A stretch of 64,000 nt of DNA from contig CM102284.1 in NCBI GenBank assembly GCA_046563655.1, positions 5,518,001-5,582,000 on the forward strand, given 5' to 3'. This DNA is from Yuukianura sp. NJ FZ-2021 (lineage: Eukaryota). Positions 11,864-22,900 of the stretch are shown here, in pieces (position 1 is the first letter of the stretch; every line of letters begins with the position of its first letter). The position numbers were made by a program, and so were the translations under genes. The notes beneath the pieces are model-generated. The model searched no databases, was not told the DNA's origin, and worked only from the letters and a program-made list of their open reading frames with translations.

Positions 11864-12945
11864 CGTCAGGTGATAGACTTAACCTAAAAACGGAAGTGAA
11901 ACGCTGTTCTCAACGCCACCTAATATTAGCTCAATTGCATGCCAGGCATAAAACTCGTCTAAATGATCGGATGTTATGTTTCGTTTCATTTTCGTTTCGA
12001 TTCGTTCACAGGTAGTTACCAAGGCAACGATTCGTACTACGAAACTCTCCGGAACCGAAAGAACATAGCAGTACACTTTACCTTAACCTTTTACATACAG
12101 TGCAAGGGTTATACATACACGTTGAGAGAGTTGGAGGGAGCAACTATGTCCAGATTGAAAGAGAATTTTGGAGGAAGTAACTAGCGAATTTCGGATAGAG
12201 TTGGAGGGAGTAACTGTACGTCTAGATTGAAAAAGAAAATTGGGTCCATCCTTTTCATCTTCTTTGTATCAGTGTCTAAATGGAAGAAGCCTCCATCCAG
12301 TATTTTCTCACCCAAAACGTTAAGGCACAACTAAGAGGAGGGAACAAGAGGAGAACGCCTAAAGTTTTGAAACGGAGCATAATTTGCGATTGATGTTGAA
12401 TTTTTACTGTTACGGAACTTGATCGTAATTTCAAAAATGCATAGTATTTGCAATCAAAAGCATCAGTTTTACAACTCTGAGTGTGAAGGACTTTGACTTT
12501 GTTCATTTGTCTAAAAAACGATTTTTTACTGCCACAAATAAACGGAATTTATTTAGTTTTAAAATAATTCTTGTTTTTACATCAAATAATATTTTGGGCT
12601 CGTATGAAACTTTATAGCCTGATGTAGACAGACTATTCAATTTCAAAGACGCTTTTAAGCTGTGGGCGTCTCTGCTAAAATGTTATTCAATAAATCCTTG
12701 GACAAACGCAACGGAGGGCATTGCGAAACTGAACTCACTTCTAGCAGAAGCCTCACTCAGTCCTCCTTCATCCTTGTTCCTGATACCGGTATACCGGCAA
12801 CATCTGTGGCGGAGAAAGTCGGATATTTTGGTAAGGAATACACAGTTTTCAAATGGAAAACTTTGAATTTTGGCAATTGATTTTGGAAAAGATATAAAAA
12901 TTGTTTCTTGATCTGATTGTTTAAAAAAGTCAAATCTGTTAAGAG

Positions 12946-14336
12946 ATGGCCGAGTACAAGCTGGTTTACTTCAATAGTCGAGGTAACGCCCACATCAAAC
13001 TCAAACTTTTAATTTCCAGGCATTTTGAGATTTCGAAATTTTGAAGTTAGGTTTCGGAAACTTTTACTTTTCTTTTTCAATTTCTGGTGAAAGGTATTGC
13101 AGAGCCGATTCGGTTCATTTTCCATTACGCCGGAGTTGAATTCGAGGATGAACGAATCAACAAAGAGGATTGGCCGAATGTGAAGCCAAGTAAGTCATAT
13201 GACCCCAAGGTCAAGGTCGGTTTTTGTCAAGGTTACCTTTATACTGATGATATTTCCAATCACTTTATGTACAAAAACGCCCTGTTTCATAGCGTCGGCT
13301 TCAGATTTCTTGAAAACAAGACTGAGTCATAGTTCTCTACTTACTGACAATTGAATGTCCGTGACCTTCAAGTTGACCTTTTCGCGCCTGGATTGCTTCA
13401 AAGTGCAGAAGCTATTGATTTTTGCAGCGTGCAAAAAGGCCATCAAATCCCAGAATTGCTTTTCTTTGGAAATTTCTTTGTTCCTTTCAAAATTCAACGA
13501 AAAAGTATTTGTTCCTACTCCGAATCGAGAACAAGCATTTTCAAATTCATTCCCAATTTATTTACTAGTGGTACCAGCTACCAAGTGGAATGAAGTACCC
13601 AATATCCTGTATGTTAAATGTCAATCTATAAAATACTATCGAAAGTGCTTTAAAAAAGTTACTCCCCCACTTTAGTCCCAATTCTGATCATTATGTTCCA
13701 ATTTAAATCAATTAACTTACGAAAGAAACTTTTTACTGATGATTTTTTTGTGTGTAGCTACAAAGTGGGGTCAAGTTCCTCTTCTGAAATTTGGAGACCA
13801 CGAATTGGCCCAGTCATGCGCAATTGCACGGTTCCTGGCTAAGAAATTCAATTTGGTTCCAGAAGATGATTGGGAAGCGGCTCAAGCCGATGAAGTTGTG
13901 GATACAGTCAAAGATGTTACGGCTAAACTTGGGATGGTTTATCGTGAAGAAGATCCAGAAAAGAAGAAAGAAAATTCGACAATTTTCATTGAAACTATTG
14001 CAAATCCAATTTTGGAAAAATTGAATCAACTCAAGGAAGAAAACGGAGGAGACTGGCTCGTTGGCAAAAATGTACTGCCTGTTTTGTTCAATTTCCAAAG
14101 AAATTGTTGGAATGGTGAACTGAAAATTGAAAATTGAAATTTTATAAAACCAATTTTGAAAATTACAGGTGACTTGGGCCGATTTTTATGTCGCTTGCTG
14201 TCTACACTTTTGGAGCGTTCCGACCGAGACTGACGTTTTGGCAGACTTTCCAGCGTTGAAGGCCCATCAAGAGGCTGTTTTTGGCATTCCACAGATCAAG
14301 GCCTGGATTGAAAAGCGACCTGACACTGTTATGTAA
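12946..14336 (+). CDS. Glutathione S-transferase, sigma class, 4 coding exons
   Basis: MAEYKLVYFNSRG|IAEPIRFIFHYAGVEFEDERI, KWGQVPLL, QSCAIARFLA, TWADF, IKAWIEKRP. Exons 12946-12982, 13094-13189, 13759-14071, 14169-14336. Confidence 0.93.
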
Positions 14337-14603
14337 ACGTCAAAAAATGATTACTGACGGGTCATGCATTAAGGGCGTTGACCCTAGATTTATTTAGTAA
14401 ATAAATACTTGACCTTTGGCCTCAGTGATAAGAAATCTTTTAGCTGTACGTCTAACTGAATGATTCCAAATAAACATCAAAACTTGCAAGAGTTATTAGC
14501 GTCTGTACAAAATATTTGGCACAAAAGTACTAGGCACGGAAGAATAGCACTCCAAAACAGCCACTAATTAGGTGGCTACTAACTACATAAGTCAGTAATA
14601 ACT

Positions 14604-15436
14604 TCATTTACGTGGAAAAGTAGGCGTGGCACATTTGGTACAACTTTGCGACACGCCGTCTTGCGCAAGCGCAGACCTCCAGTATTTTTGACAGTTTGGA
14701 CAGCGATACTGACCGTAGAAGTAGTTTTTGGTAGTGGTAATTTGAGATTTTGTTGTAGAAGTGACTTGGTTTTTGCCGGTTTTCGTTGCGTCAATTTTAA
14801 TAGGCGTTACCCTTTTTGACGCAGTTGAATTCACAATGCCAGTACGCCAACCGCCACCACTCGGGTTAGTAGCTGCAGTAGAATTTGTTGCGTTTGTATT
14901 GGTCTTGGTTGTATCAATTTTGATTGGCGTTACAAGTTTTGACGTAGGTGGTGTATTGACAGCGTTACGCCATCCAGTATCCGTCGGTTTTGTAACTACA
15001 CGGGAAGTACTTGGTGCGGCAGTATTTGGAACTGATTTTCTTTTGAGCAATTGCTGTAGTCTGGTTATTTCTGGATCTACTTTCGATTTTGTGACTAGGG
15101 CTTCAGCGGACTTTGCCCTCTGAGACATGAGACTTCGTTGACCTTTGACCTCTGAATTCTGACCTTCCAGAGGATCCACCCATTTCGTCTTTTTCTTCTT
15201 CTTAGGTGTAGGTTCACCTTGTGGCTTAATTGGATGCTCCAACTTTCCCCATCCGTAAATTGACGTTTTGAATTTCAAAATCCGTCCGTCCGGTGTCATT
15301 TTCAAGATTTCTTCCTTCTCACCCTACGTTTTGGTTTAAATCAAAAATCTCAAAATTAAAATTTTTGTAAATCTAACTTGTTTTAAAATTTCCAAAACCA
15401 ATGTAAACTTACGTTTTTCGACGTTCCACATCCCAT
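14604..15436 (-). CDS. Predicted N-acylated protein with low-complexity linker and C-terminal CxxC zinc finger resembling ZCCHC24/3CxxC type
   Basis: 24-nt exon 15436-15413 (MGCGTSKN) splices in phase 0 to exon starting 15323; C-terminus YFYGQYRCPNCQKYWRS..QSCTKC..TFP. The 3' end is uncertain. Confidence 0.68.
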
Positions 15437-15979
15437 TGTGCTTTCATCTGCAACGTTTTTTATTCCAAAACTACAACAAGTGTGCAGGAAACAGCTTATT
15501 TGATAAAACTAAACACAGAGGAAGCTGGTTTTTGACTATTTTAGCCTCTCCGGATCTCCACTGAAACTGAAAGTTGACTCTTCTGTCAATTGCAAAATTA
15601 CGTGACTCACGTTAGTTAAACTCATGTTTGAAAGTGTCATTACATTAATCTACACAGTAAGAAGCTAAGCAAACAGCTTCTCACTTCGTCATAACTCGAT
15701 AAGCTCCTGTCGATAAGTAACTACAAGTACCTATTACGTTTACAAATTGAATACAAAGTAAATAAAAATTAATGTTTTATTAAAAAGTAGGCTCCAAATG
15801 ATTTGAAATGACGCGTTCTGTATTGTGCAAGGAGCGTTTATAGGGAAGGGACACAAAAATTTGTTCAAAATTGACATTTTTAGAATAGACCAAAAATTGC
15901 GAACTTTGAAAAATGTAATCTGTAGAAACTTATGAAAGCTTCATAAATGATCCGGGTAAATTTTGTGATGATAATGAGC

Positions 15980-17824
15980 TCATGGTTTCTTTTCAGGCTT
16001 AGGCGTGGGCTGTCGTCCTTTGGCTGATTCCTCGACATTCACAACTGCAGCATTAAGATCCGTGTAACTGCGAATGACACCGATAGGAGCAAAGTCGCTC
16101 TTGAACACATCGTCTTCCTGTTTCTGTTGTTTTTCTTTCAGCTCCTTGAAGTCCCTGGCAACCTTCTGTTCGTACAGGGATCTTGGGGGGTCAAGGTTCA
16201 TCAACTCCTCTTCAGTAGTCTCACCACAGTTGTTGATGATGATCTTCCTCACGGGCTTCCCATGTTCCGAAATCCCCGCCAATCTGACCATCTTTTCAGA
16301 AAAAAAGGTTTTCCCAAAAAAACGAAATTGAATTTGGGAAATTTTTGAAACGCTTACGTTTTTCAGATAGTTCATTCCCAGGATGACTTTGCCAAAAGCG
16401 ACTTGCCTTTTGTCCATTGGTGGTAGTGGGACAGCTGAAATCCGAAATTCGGAGTTGGCCGTTTTGTCTCCATAGTTGACCATGGACAGAATTCCTTCCG
16501 CGTCATGTTTCAGTCTTCAGAGCAAAACAAAATTCAGAAAAACTGAAAATTATGTGAATTTTTTTTTCTCTTTTGGTGAAAACTTTTCTCTTACTTGAAG
16601 TTTTCATTTGGAAAAGTTTCGCCGTAGATTGACGTCAACCCTTCACCCCCCTGCCACAGAATTCCATTCAAAATTAGTCCAATTTCCAAACAACGGTAAC
16701 TTTTCCCACGATCTCCAGTGCATAAACTTCGGAAATTTTCGGCTGTCATTGGAACAAGGTCAGCTCGCAGTTCAAACGCTACCCGCCCGACCGCTTTTCC
16801 AACAATTTCAAAATCCAGGTACACAATCGGCTTGGGAATTTCTTTAGCACGTTGCCAAGCAACCTCTTCGAACGGTGCGCACAAGCGAGTCATCCAAAAT
16901 GGCGGAAATTTGGAAGCCAACAGACGATACTTGGACATCTCCTGGTACCATTTGTGGTAAAACTCTCGTGTGGGAACTTGTGCTTTCTAAGAAAGTAAAA
17001 ATTTCCTTTCTAATCAAGTTTGACTTTGACCTTTGACCTCTTGAGGTCAATAAACTTACAATTTCCTTGAGTCGATTATAGATTTCACAATTTTCAAGCC
17101 CAATTTGGAGAGCACAGACCATGCGTTGTTTCCAATTTCGATTTGAAGTGTATTTCAGTAGAGGATTTTCACCAGGAAGCTGAAAAAGTGAAATTTAGTT
17201 TTAGAATGACCTTTCACTTTTTGAAAATGTTTGAAATTTCTTACATCTCGAGTGTTAATTTTGTGAATATCAGTGAGAAGGAAGGCATTGTCACGATCAA
17301 TTTTGGATTGCAGAAGTTGAGCACGATTGAAACGATTGTTTCGCTTGTTGATGATGAAATCGGTGCCCACTTTCGGTTCTCTGATTTCTGGAACGGCAGC
17401 ATCCAACTCCTCGATTCGCCGTTTGTGACGAAGATAGTAAATTTGTCTAAAAATGAGATTTCAAAACTGAGTTTCAAAATTTCATGCTTAGTTTTGATAA
17501 GATGAACAAAAATGTTTCACCTCCAATAGGAATCAGGTTCATGGGAAATTAGGCGTCGTAATGATTTTTTGTAATCCTTTAGTTTCTAAAATTTAGAAAA
17601 ACGAAGGTTGTTATACAAAACTTGGAACGGTCGGACGTGAATTTCCTAGATAGAGATTAATATTCCAGGTTTTTTAAACAAAAATAAAAAAGCTCAGTTT
17701 TTAAAGCATAAAGCTATGATGCTTTGCATTTTCAAAATTTCAAAATACTTACAGTTTTAGCTTCATCGTCCCCGCAATACTGTCCAAATTTCCCTTGGTT
17801 GAACCTGGAGTATTCTGCCTCCAT
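15980..17824 (-). CDS. CFAP97/KIAA1430-like N-terminal domain fused to a degenerate cyclophilin domain
   Basis: N-terminal W.Q.YY.RHKRRI..IDRDNAFLL..I..I and R..LQIGLEN.EIYNRL patterns; C-terminal VYLDFEI..GRVAFELRADLVPMTAENFRSLCTG, SIYGETFPNENF.LKH, VAFGKV. Multi-exon; 5' exon borders approximate. Confidence 0.78.
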
Positions 17825-18126
17825 TTTGAAATCAGGTCAAAGTGTTGTGTTTTAAAAAAAACTAAAAATTTGTGTCAAGTTACAATAAATTTGGAACAAA
17901 GAAACTAAAAGAACATAAATATTAATAGAGTGAACTAAAGTTTCAATTAAATTATGAAGCAGCGTCAGAAAATTTGAAATTTTGGGACAAGAGCGAGAGC
18001 GGTGGGTTTTTTTTTCTGTTTCTTTTTTGTTACTCCTCTCCCAGGCTGATTTTAAACAGTAAAACCTAATCTAGCTTCTACGGTAACCAACTTGTAAAAG
18101 AAAGTTACTTACGGAAAACCTCGAAC

Positions 18127-18140
18127 GTTTCCATGGAAAC
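18127..18140. promoter_or_regulatory. RFX X-box (perfect palindrome GTTTCCATGGAAAC)
   Basis: Matches consensus GTTNCCATGGNAAC, about 300 bp upstream of the CFAP97-cyclophilin ATG; second degenerate box GCTTCTACGGTAAC at 18074-18087. Confidence 0.7.
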
Positions 18141-18385
18141 GAATCCAATGAAAACCAATTCTTCGCTTGTAAACACACAGCTATAACATTCAAGCACTAA
18201 GCAATCAGCAGCAGCCAGCCGTCGTCGTCACCGCGCCGCCATTGGAAGTTGTCCACTGTTCCTTCCCGGAATTCGGCTTCCGGTGACCTTGAAGTTGACC
18301 AAATTGAAAAATTTCCAAAGAAAATTCGGAGTCAGCATTACCAGCATTTTGAAAACGTTCGATTGAGACGATCTTCAACTGTGTG

Positions 18386-19233
18386 ATGGCCTCCCCATAC
18401 AAATTGACCTACTTCAACTATCGCGGCAAGGGTAAAGCATCACCTCGAATTCAGTGACCTTGGCTTTCAAAATTCTCGTTTCCGTTTTGATTTTGAAAAT
18501 TGTGTGATTTTGTAAATTTCAGCTGAGCCGATTCGAATGATCTTCAAAGTGGCGGAAGTTGATTTTGAGGATCACCGACTCGAATGGAACGATGACTGGA
18601 CGAATGAACACAAACCAAAGTAATACTTGAATCTGAATTAAACTACTAAAATATTATTATAATATATTATTAATAATATATTTTTAAAGGTACCCCTGGG
18701 GCACTCTGCCTGTTCTTCACGTGAGTGACCAAATCCTCTGTCACTCCGTTCCCATCGCTCGCTACCTTGCGCGCAAGTTCAACCTGGTTGGATCTTCGGA
18801 CTTTGAAGCTGCTCGATGCGATGAGGTAAAGCGTTCAAAAACTTCCTCAATTTTTTCAAAAAATCAGGAAAATTTTGAATTACAGTTGGTGGAAGCCATG
18901 AAGGACTTGCATGATGAAGCCATCAAAGTCTTTATTGAGCGAGATGAAGAGAAGAAGTTGTCCTTGATCACGACCTTTCTCAGCGTCACTGCACCAGGCT
19001 ACTTGAGTCGTTTTGAAAAAATGTTTCAAGCCAATGAGGGGCCATGGTTGGTTGGATCCAAGTTGACCTGGGCTGACCTCTACGTCGCTTATGGCTTTGA
19101 CGATTTGGAAAGTACCCTTGGAGCACCAGTTCTCCTTACGCCATATCCAGGACTCCAGGAACTCAAGACTTCAGTCTACAACGTTCCGCAAATCAAGGAA
19201 TGGATCGAAACTCGTCCCTCCGGAAGCTTCTAA
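18386..19233 (+). CDS. Glutathione S-transferase, sigma class
   Basis: MASPYKLTYFNYRGK|AEPIRMIF, PWGTLPVL, HSVPIARYLA, LTWADL, IKEWIETRP; short GT-AG introns. Confidence 0.92.
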
Positions 19234-19921
19234 GATTCTCACTGAAGTCCCACCAAAATTAGCCGAATTAAAGCAGAAGTAGGACTTTTTGAACTTATTA
19301 GAATTTGAAAAAAATTTCCAAAATTCCGAAAGTAAAACTTTGCACTTTTTGAATATTTCACGGTTAAGGAAGAATCTTTGGTATTTTTGACGATTAACAT
19401 TAATCTTTGTGGGATAAGTTGTTGAGCATAAGTAAAAAATGTCACTTTATGAATACTGGTAAGAGTAAAATGTAGTAAACTAAGTTTGTTAATTTAATTC
19501 TTAATGTTTAACTATGCAATTAGTGACATTTCTGGGGCAATTGAATCGTAGGTTTGGGGAGTTGGTGAATGATGGAGTCATCAAGGATGATGTTTTTATG
19601 AACAAGTCGTTCTTCATCTGCTATCTGGGCGTCATTTTGGTAACTTTTGAATCCAAAACCATTTTTGGTTTATAAAGTTGCCAAAAGTGGACTTCTGGTC
19701 ATCAGTCTCAATCAAGATCTTTAATTAGAAGTTGCTAAGCATAACCGGATTCCTACTCTAACTTAATTTAAACTATCCTGGCATAGCTTAATCGAAATCT
19801 AACTAAATCCGTCCAGAAACCGATCCTTGCAACAAGAACAAGCGGAAGATTTTACCTCCTCGAAATTCGAAACTGTAATTTTTGTGAAATTTAGCGCTGT
19901 AGGTCAAAGTCGGTACCGAAA

Positions 19922-22900
19922 ATGCCGCGTGACAGCTCTCCTCCGAGGTCACCGGGGTCAGGATCATCCCAAATCCATGGTGAGGTCAACCTATCCTTCA
20001 TTCAAGAAGAAGACGAACCATGTGACAGTAGTTGTCCAAAAAATAACAACAACGAAAACACAACTCCGACGAAACAACTTCCCATTTCCCCGTTGACGCC
20101 GACGGGTAACGCACCGCCATTTCCAGAGTGTCGTCGTCGGAGTAGCGTCGACAAGGCACAGGCCCTGCGTCAAGCCACTTCACGAACATTTCGACGCATG
20201 TCAAACGCCTTGACTTCAGTTTTGCCACACAGTGACATTAGGCTTGTGGGGATGACGGAGGACGTAAGTTGTCAATTTTCTGTCCTCCCCAACTCGTTTA
20301 ACATTTAATTTAATTTTTGACTTTTCATTTTTTTTTAAATTAATTCGATTGTGTCGAGTTTTTAGCAATGCCGCTCCTTTTCGTATGAGAATTGTGCAGT
20401 TCTATTGAAGGAATGTTGAAGTCCTTTAATTTCCTTTTTGTCTTTGTTAATTATATTTTTGCTAAACAGACAAACACTCCTCCGGCTCTACTAAATTAAC
20501 AAATTTTCCATTGAACTGCACTTTTACAAGGAGAGCTCCTTTGGGAGCTGCGTAACTAAACAATTATTGAGTTGTCAAAATTTCAAAATGTCATCAACTT
20601 TGTGATTTTGACAAAAAGAAAATACGAAATGTAAAATCATAATACAGGCAAAAACAAAACTGAATCCGAGAATCCGAGTATAATTCAAAATTTCTCAAAA
20701 AATGCTTCTTTTTTTCAATTTTATTTTTATTTTGAAGGATTTGTTGCATCAAATTTTTGAAGCGTCTGACTACTACAGAATTGGACGATTGAATCAGGAC
20801 AAATGGATTGAATATTTGAAAATGCGACTCAACCAATACTGCTCCAGTTGCCCACATTGCCCACAAAAGTGAGTTTTAGTAATTTAACAGGTTGTTTAGT
20901 AAACATGTAACCATTTCCTATTTGGAAATTTTGAAAAAGTGCAAGACCCGATTTAAATGCATTTCTTAAGAATCTATGAAGTGTCACGCCTAGGTAAAAC
21001 GACACTAGATTTCTAGGATTCGCCAGGTTTAGCATGTGCAACCACTGTACACTGCATGAACCATGCCTAAAAAGCTTTCTTGAAGTTTGCATCTTGTTGA
21101 AAACAGCAGGTACTTGGTCACGTATAGCTTTTAAAAACCTAGCCCATTTTTCAAATTGGAAAAAGTCGTTAATTTTAGACAATGTAGTTGTCACTTTTGT
21201 CCATGCGAAGTCGTGATTGATGAGTTTGAAAGAAAAGGACATTGATAATTAATTGGACAAACAAAGTTGGAGATTGCTGGATGATTTGGTGTTTCCAATT
21301 GTTTAAATCAAACATCTAATATATTTTTTACATCATTTGTTTCGTGTTGTACAGCTTTGGTATGGATAAGGAAGAAGACCGAACTGAAATGATTGTTGGA
21401 GGCTTGGTCTGGAGAAACCTTGAAATATGTTATTATAGCATGCTATGATTGTTGAATGCTGAGGTCAACTTTTTTCTTGGAAGATGATGTGCATGCTATG
21501 CTGTTGCATTAAGTTTTAGTTACTAACATAACATTTCCTCCAACATAGTCAATTTCATACGTAACTTGAAATTTTGTCCACAAAATTCTGTCTGTTTTTG
21601 TGTCAAAATTTTGAATTTTTGGTATTTGAAACAGTGAGGAACGGAGGCTCGACTTTTTGGAAATTGTTGAAAGTGTTGCGTATGCTGTAGCTGGAGATGA
21701 AGATCTTACATTTGAAGCATTTTACAAAATCTTCAAAACCAAAAACGTAAGATTCTAAATTCAAATTTTCTTCTCATTTGATTTGTTTGACAAATTTTGG
21801 AATTCCTGGTACTATTTTTAGGTACTGAACAAACTATATCGTATCATTGACCGAGACCTTGATGGAATCGTGACCACTGAACAGGTGATGGAGTTTATTT
21901 CTCAATTGAGTGGGGCTAGGTACGTGCGATGTCAATTCTTTGAAATCAGTCATGCAAAAAATCCGGATTTGCAAAATTTTAAACAAAAAAAAATCTTTGT
22001 CTTTTGGTTCATCAGAAGTGGTAGTCGCCTTACTAAGGATAACATTGCCTATCTGGAAAAACTATTTCGACAATACGTTGGAGATGAGAGGGAAATCAAA
22101 AAATGCGATTTTAGCAAAATCATTCAAACCAAAAACGTAAATTCCACAAGCACGAAGTTAGCATTTTGTTGATGACTTTATCTGATTTTCTCCCATTTTC
22201 AAAATTTCAGCAATTTTTTACTGACCGAGTTTTTGACATTTTCGATAACGATGCCAATGGGACGATTTCTCTTCAAGAATTTCTGGAAGCCATGCATCGC
22301 TTTACCGGTGAAAACCCCGAAGACAAAATTCGGTTTTTGTTCACAGTCTACGACATTGATGGGGACGGCGAAATTCAAGAAGCAGAACTGGAACAAGTCA
22401 TGCGCGCTTGCATGGAAGAAAATGGAATGAAGTTCAGCGACGAACAAATTCGTACGTTTTGAAAAATTTGCACTTGACTACGTTTTTAGTGGAAGAGAAT
22501 TTCAAAATTTTGAATCATACGAATCGGGTTTGTTTTTGTGGCAGACGAACTAACGACAGCGCTGTTTGAAGACGCAGATACTGAAGGACGCGGTGCGTTA
22601 ACCTATGAGTCGCTGAAGGCTCAGTTGCAAAAACACTGCGGACTTCTTGAAAATCTGTCCCTTAGGTATGTCCTCCAGAAATTTTTGAACTTTTTCGAAA
22701 TTCTTGAAATTGCCTAACTTTTGAAAATTATTAGCATCGAACGGTGGCTAGTTCCTGTCAAGCCGGTTCAGGTTCAACGGCAACCTTCACTGATGACAAA
22801 AATTCGATCGCTGATTCCACACCAATTCAGTTCAAAATATTTAAAAAACAATTACGTTTTTGTACTTTGGCTCGTGGGCTTCTTGTTCGTAAATTTTTGC

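Noticed and set aside
14761-15123. 120-aa hydrophobic + strand ORF
   Set aside because: Antisense shadow of the Thr/Lys-rich linker of the zinc-finger gene.
18648-18684. AT-only quasi-palindrome in a GST intron
   Set aside because: Low complexity; expected in AT-rich introns.
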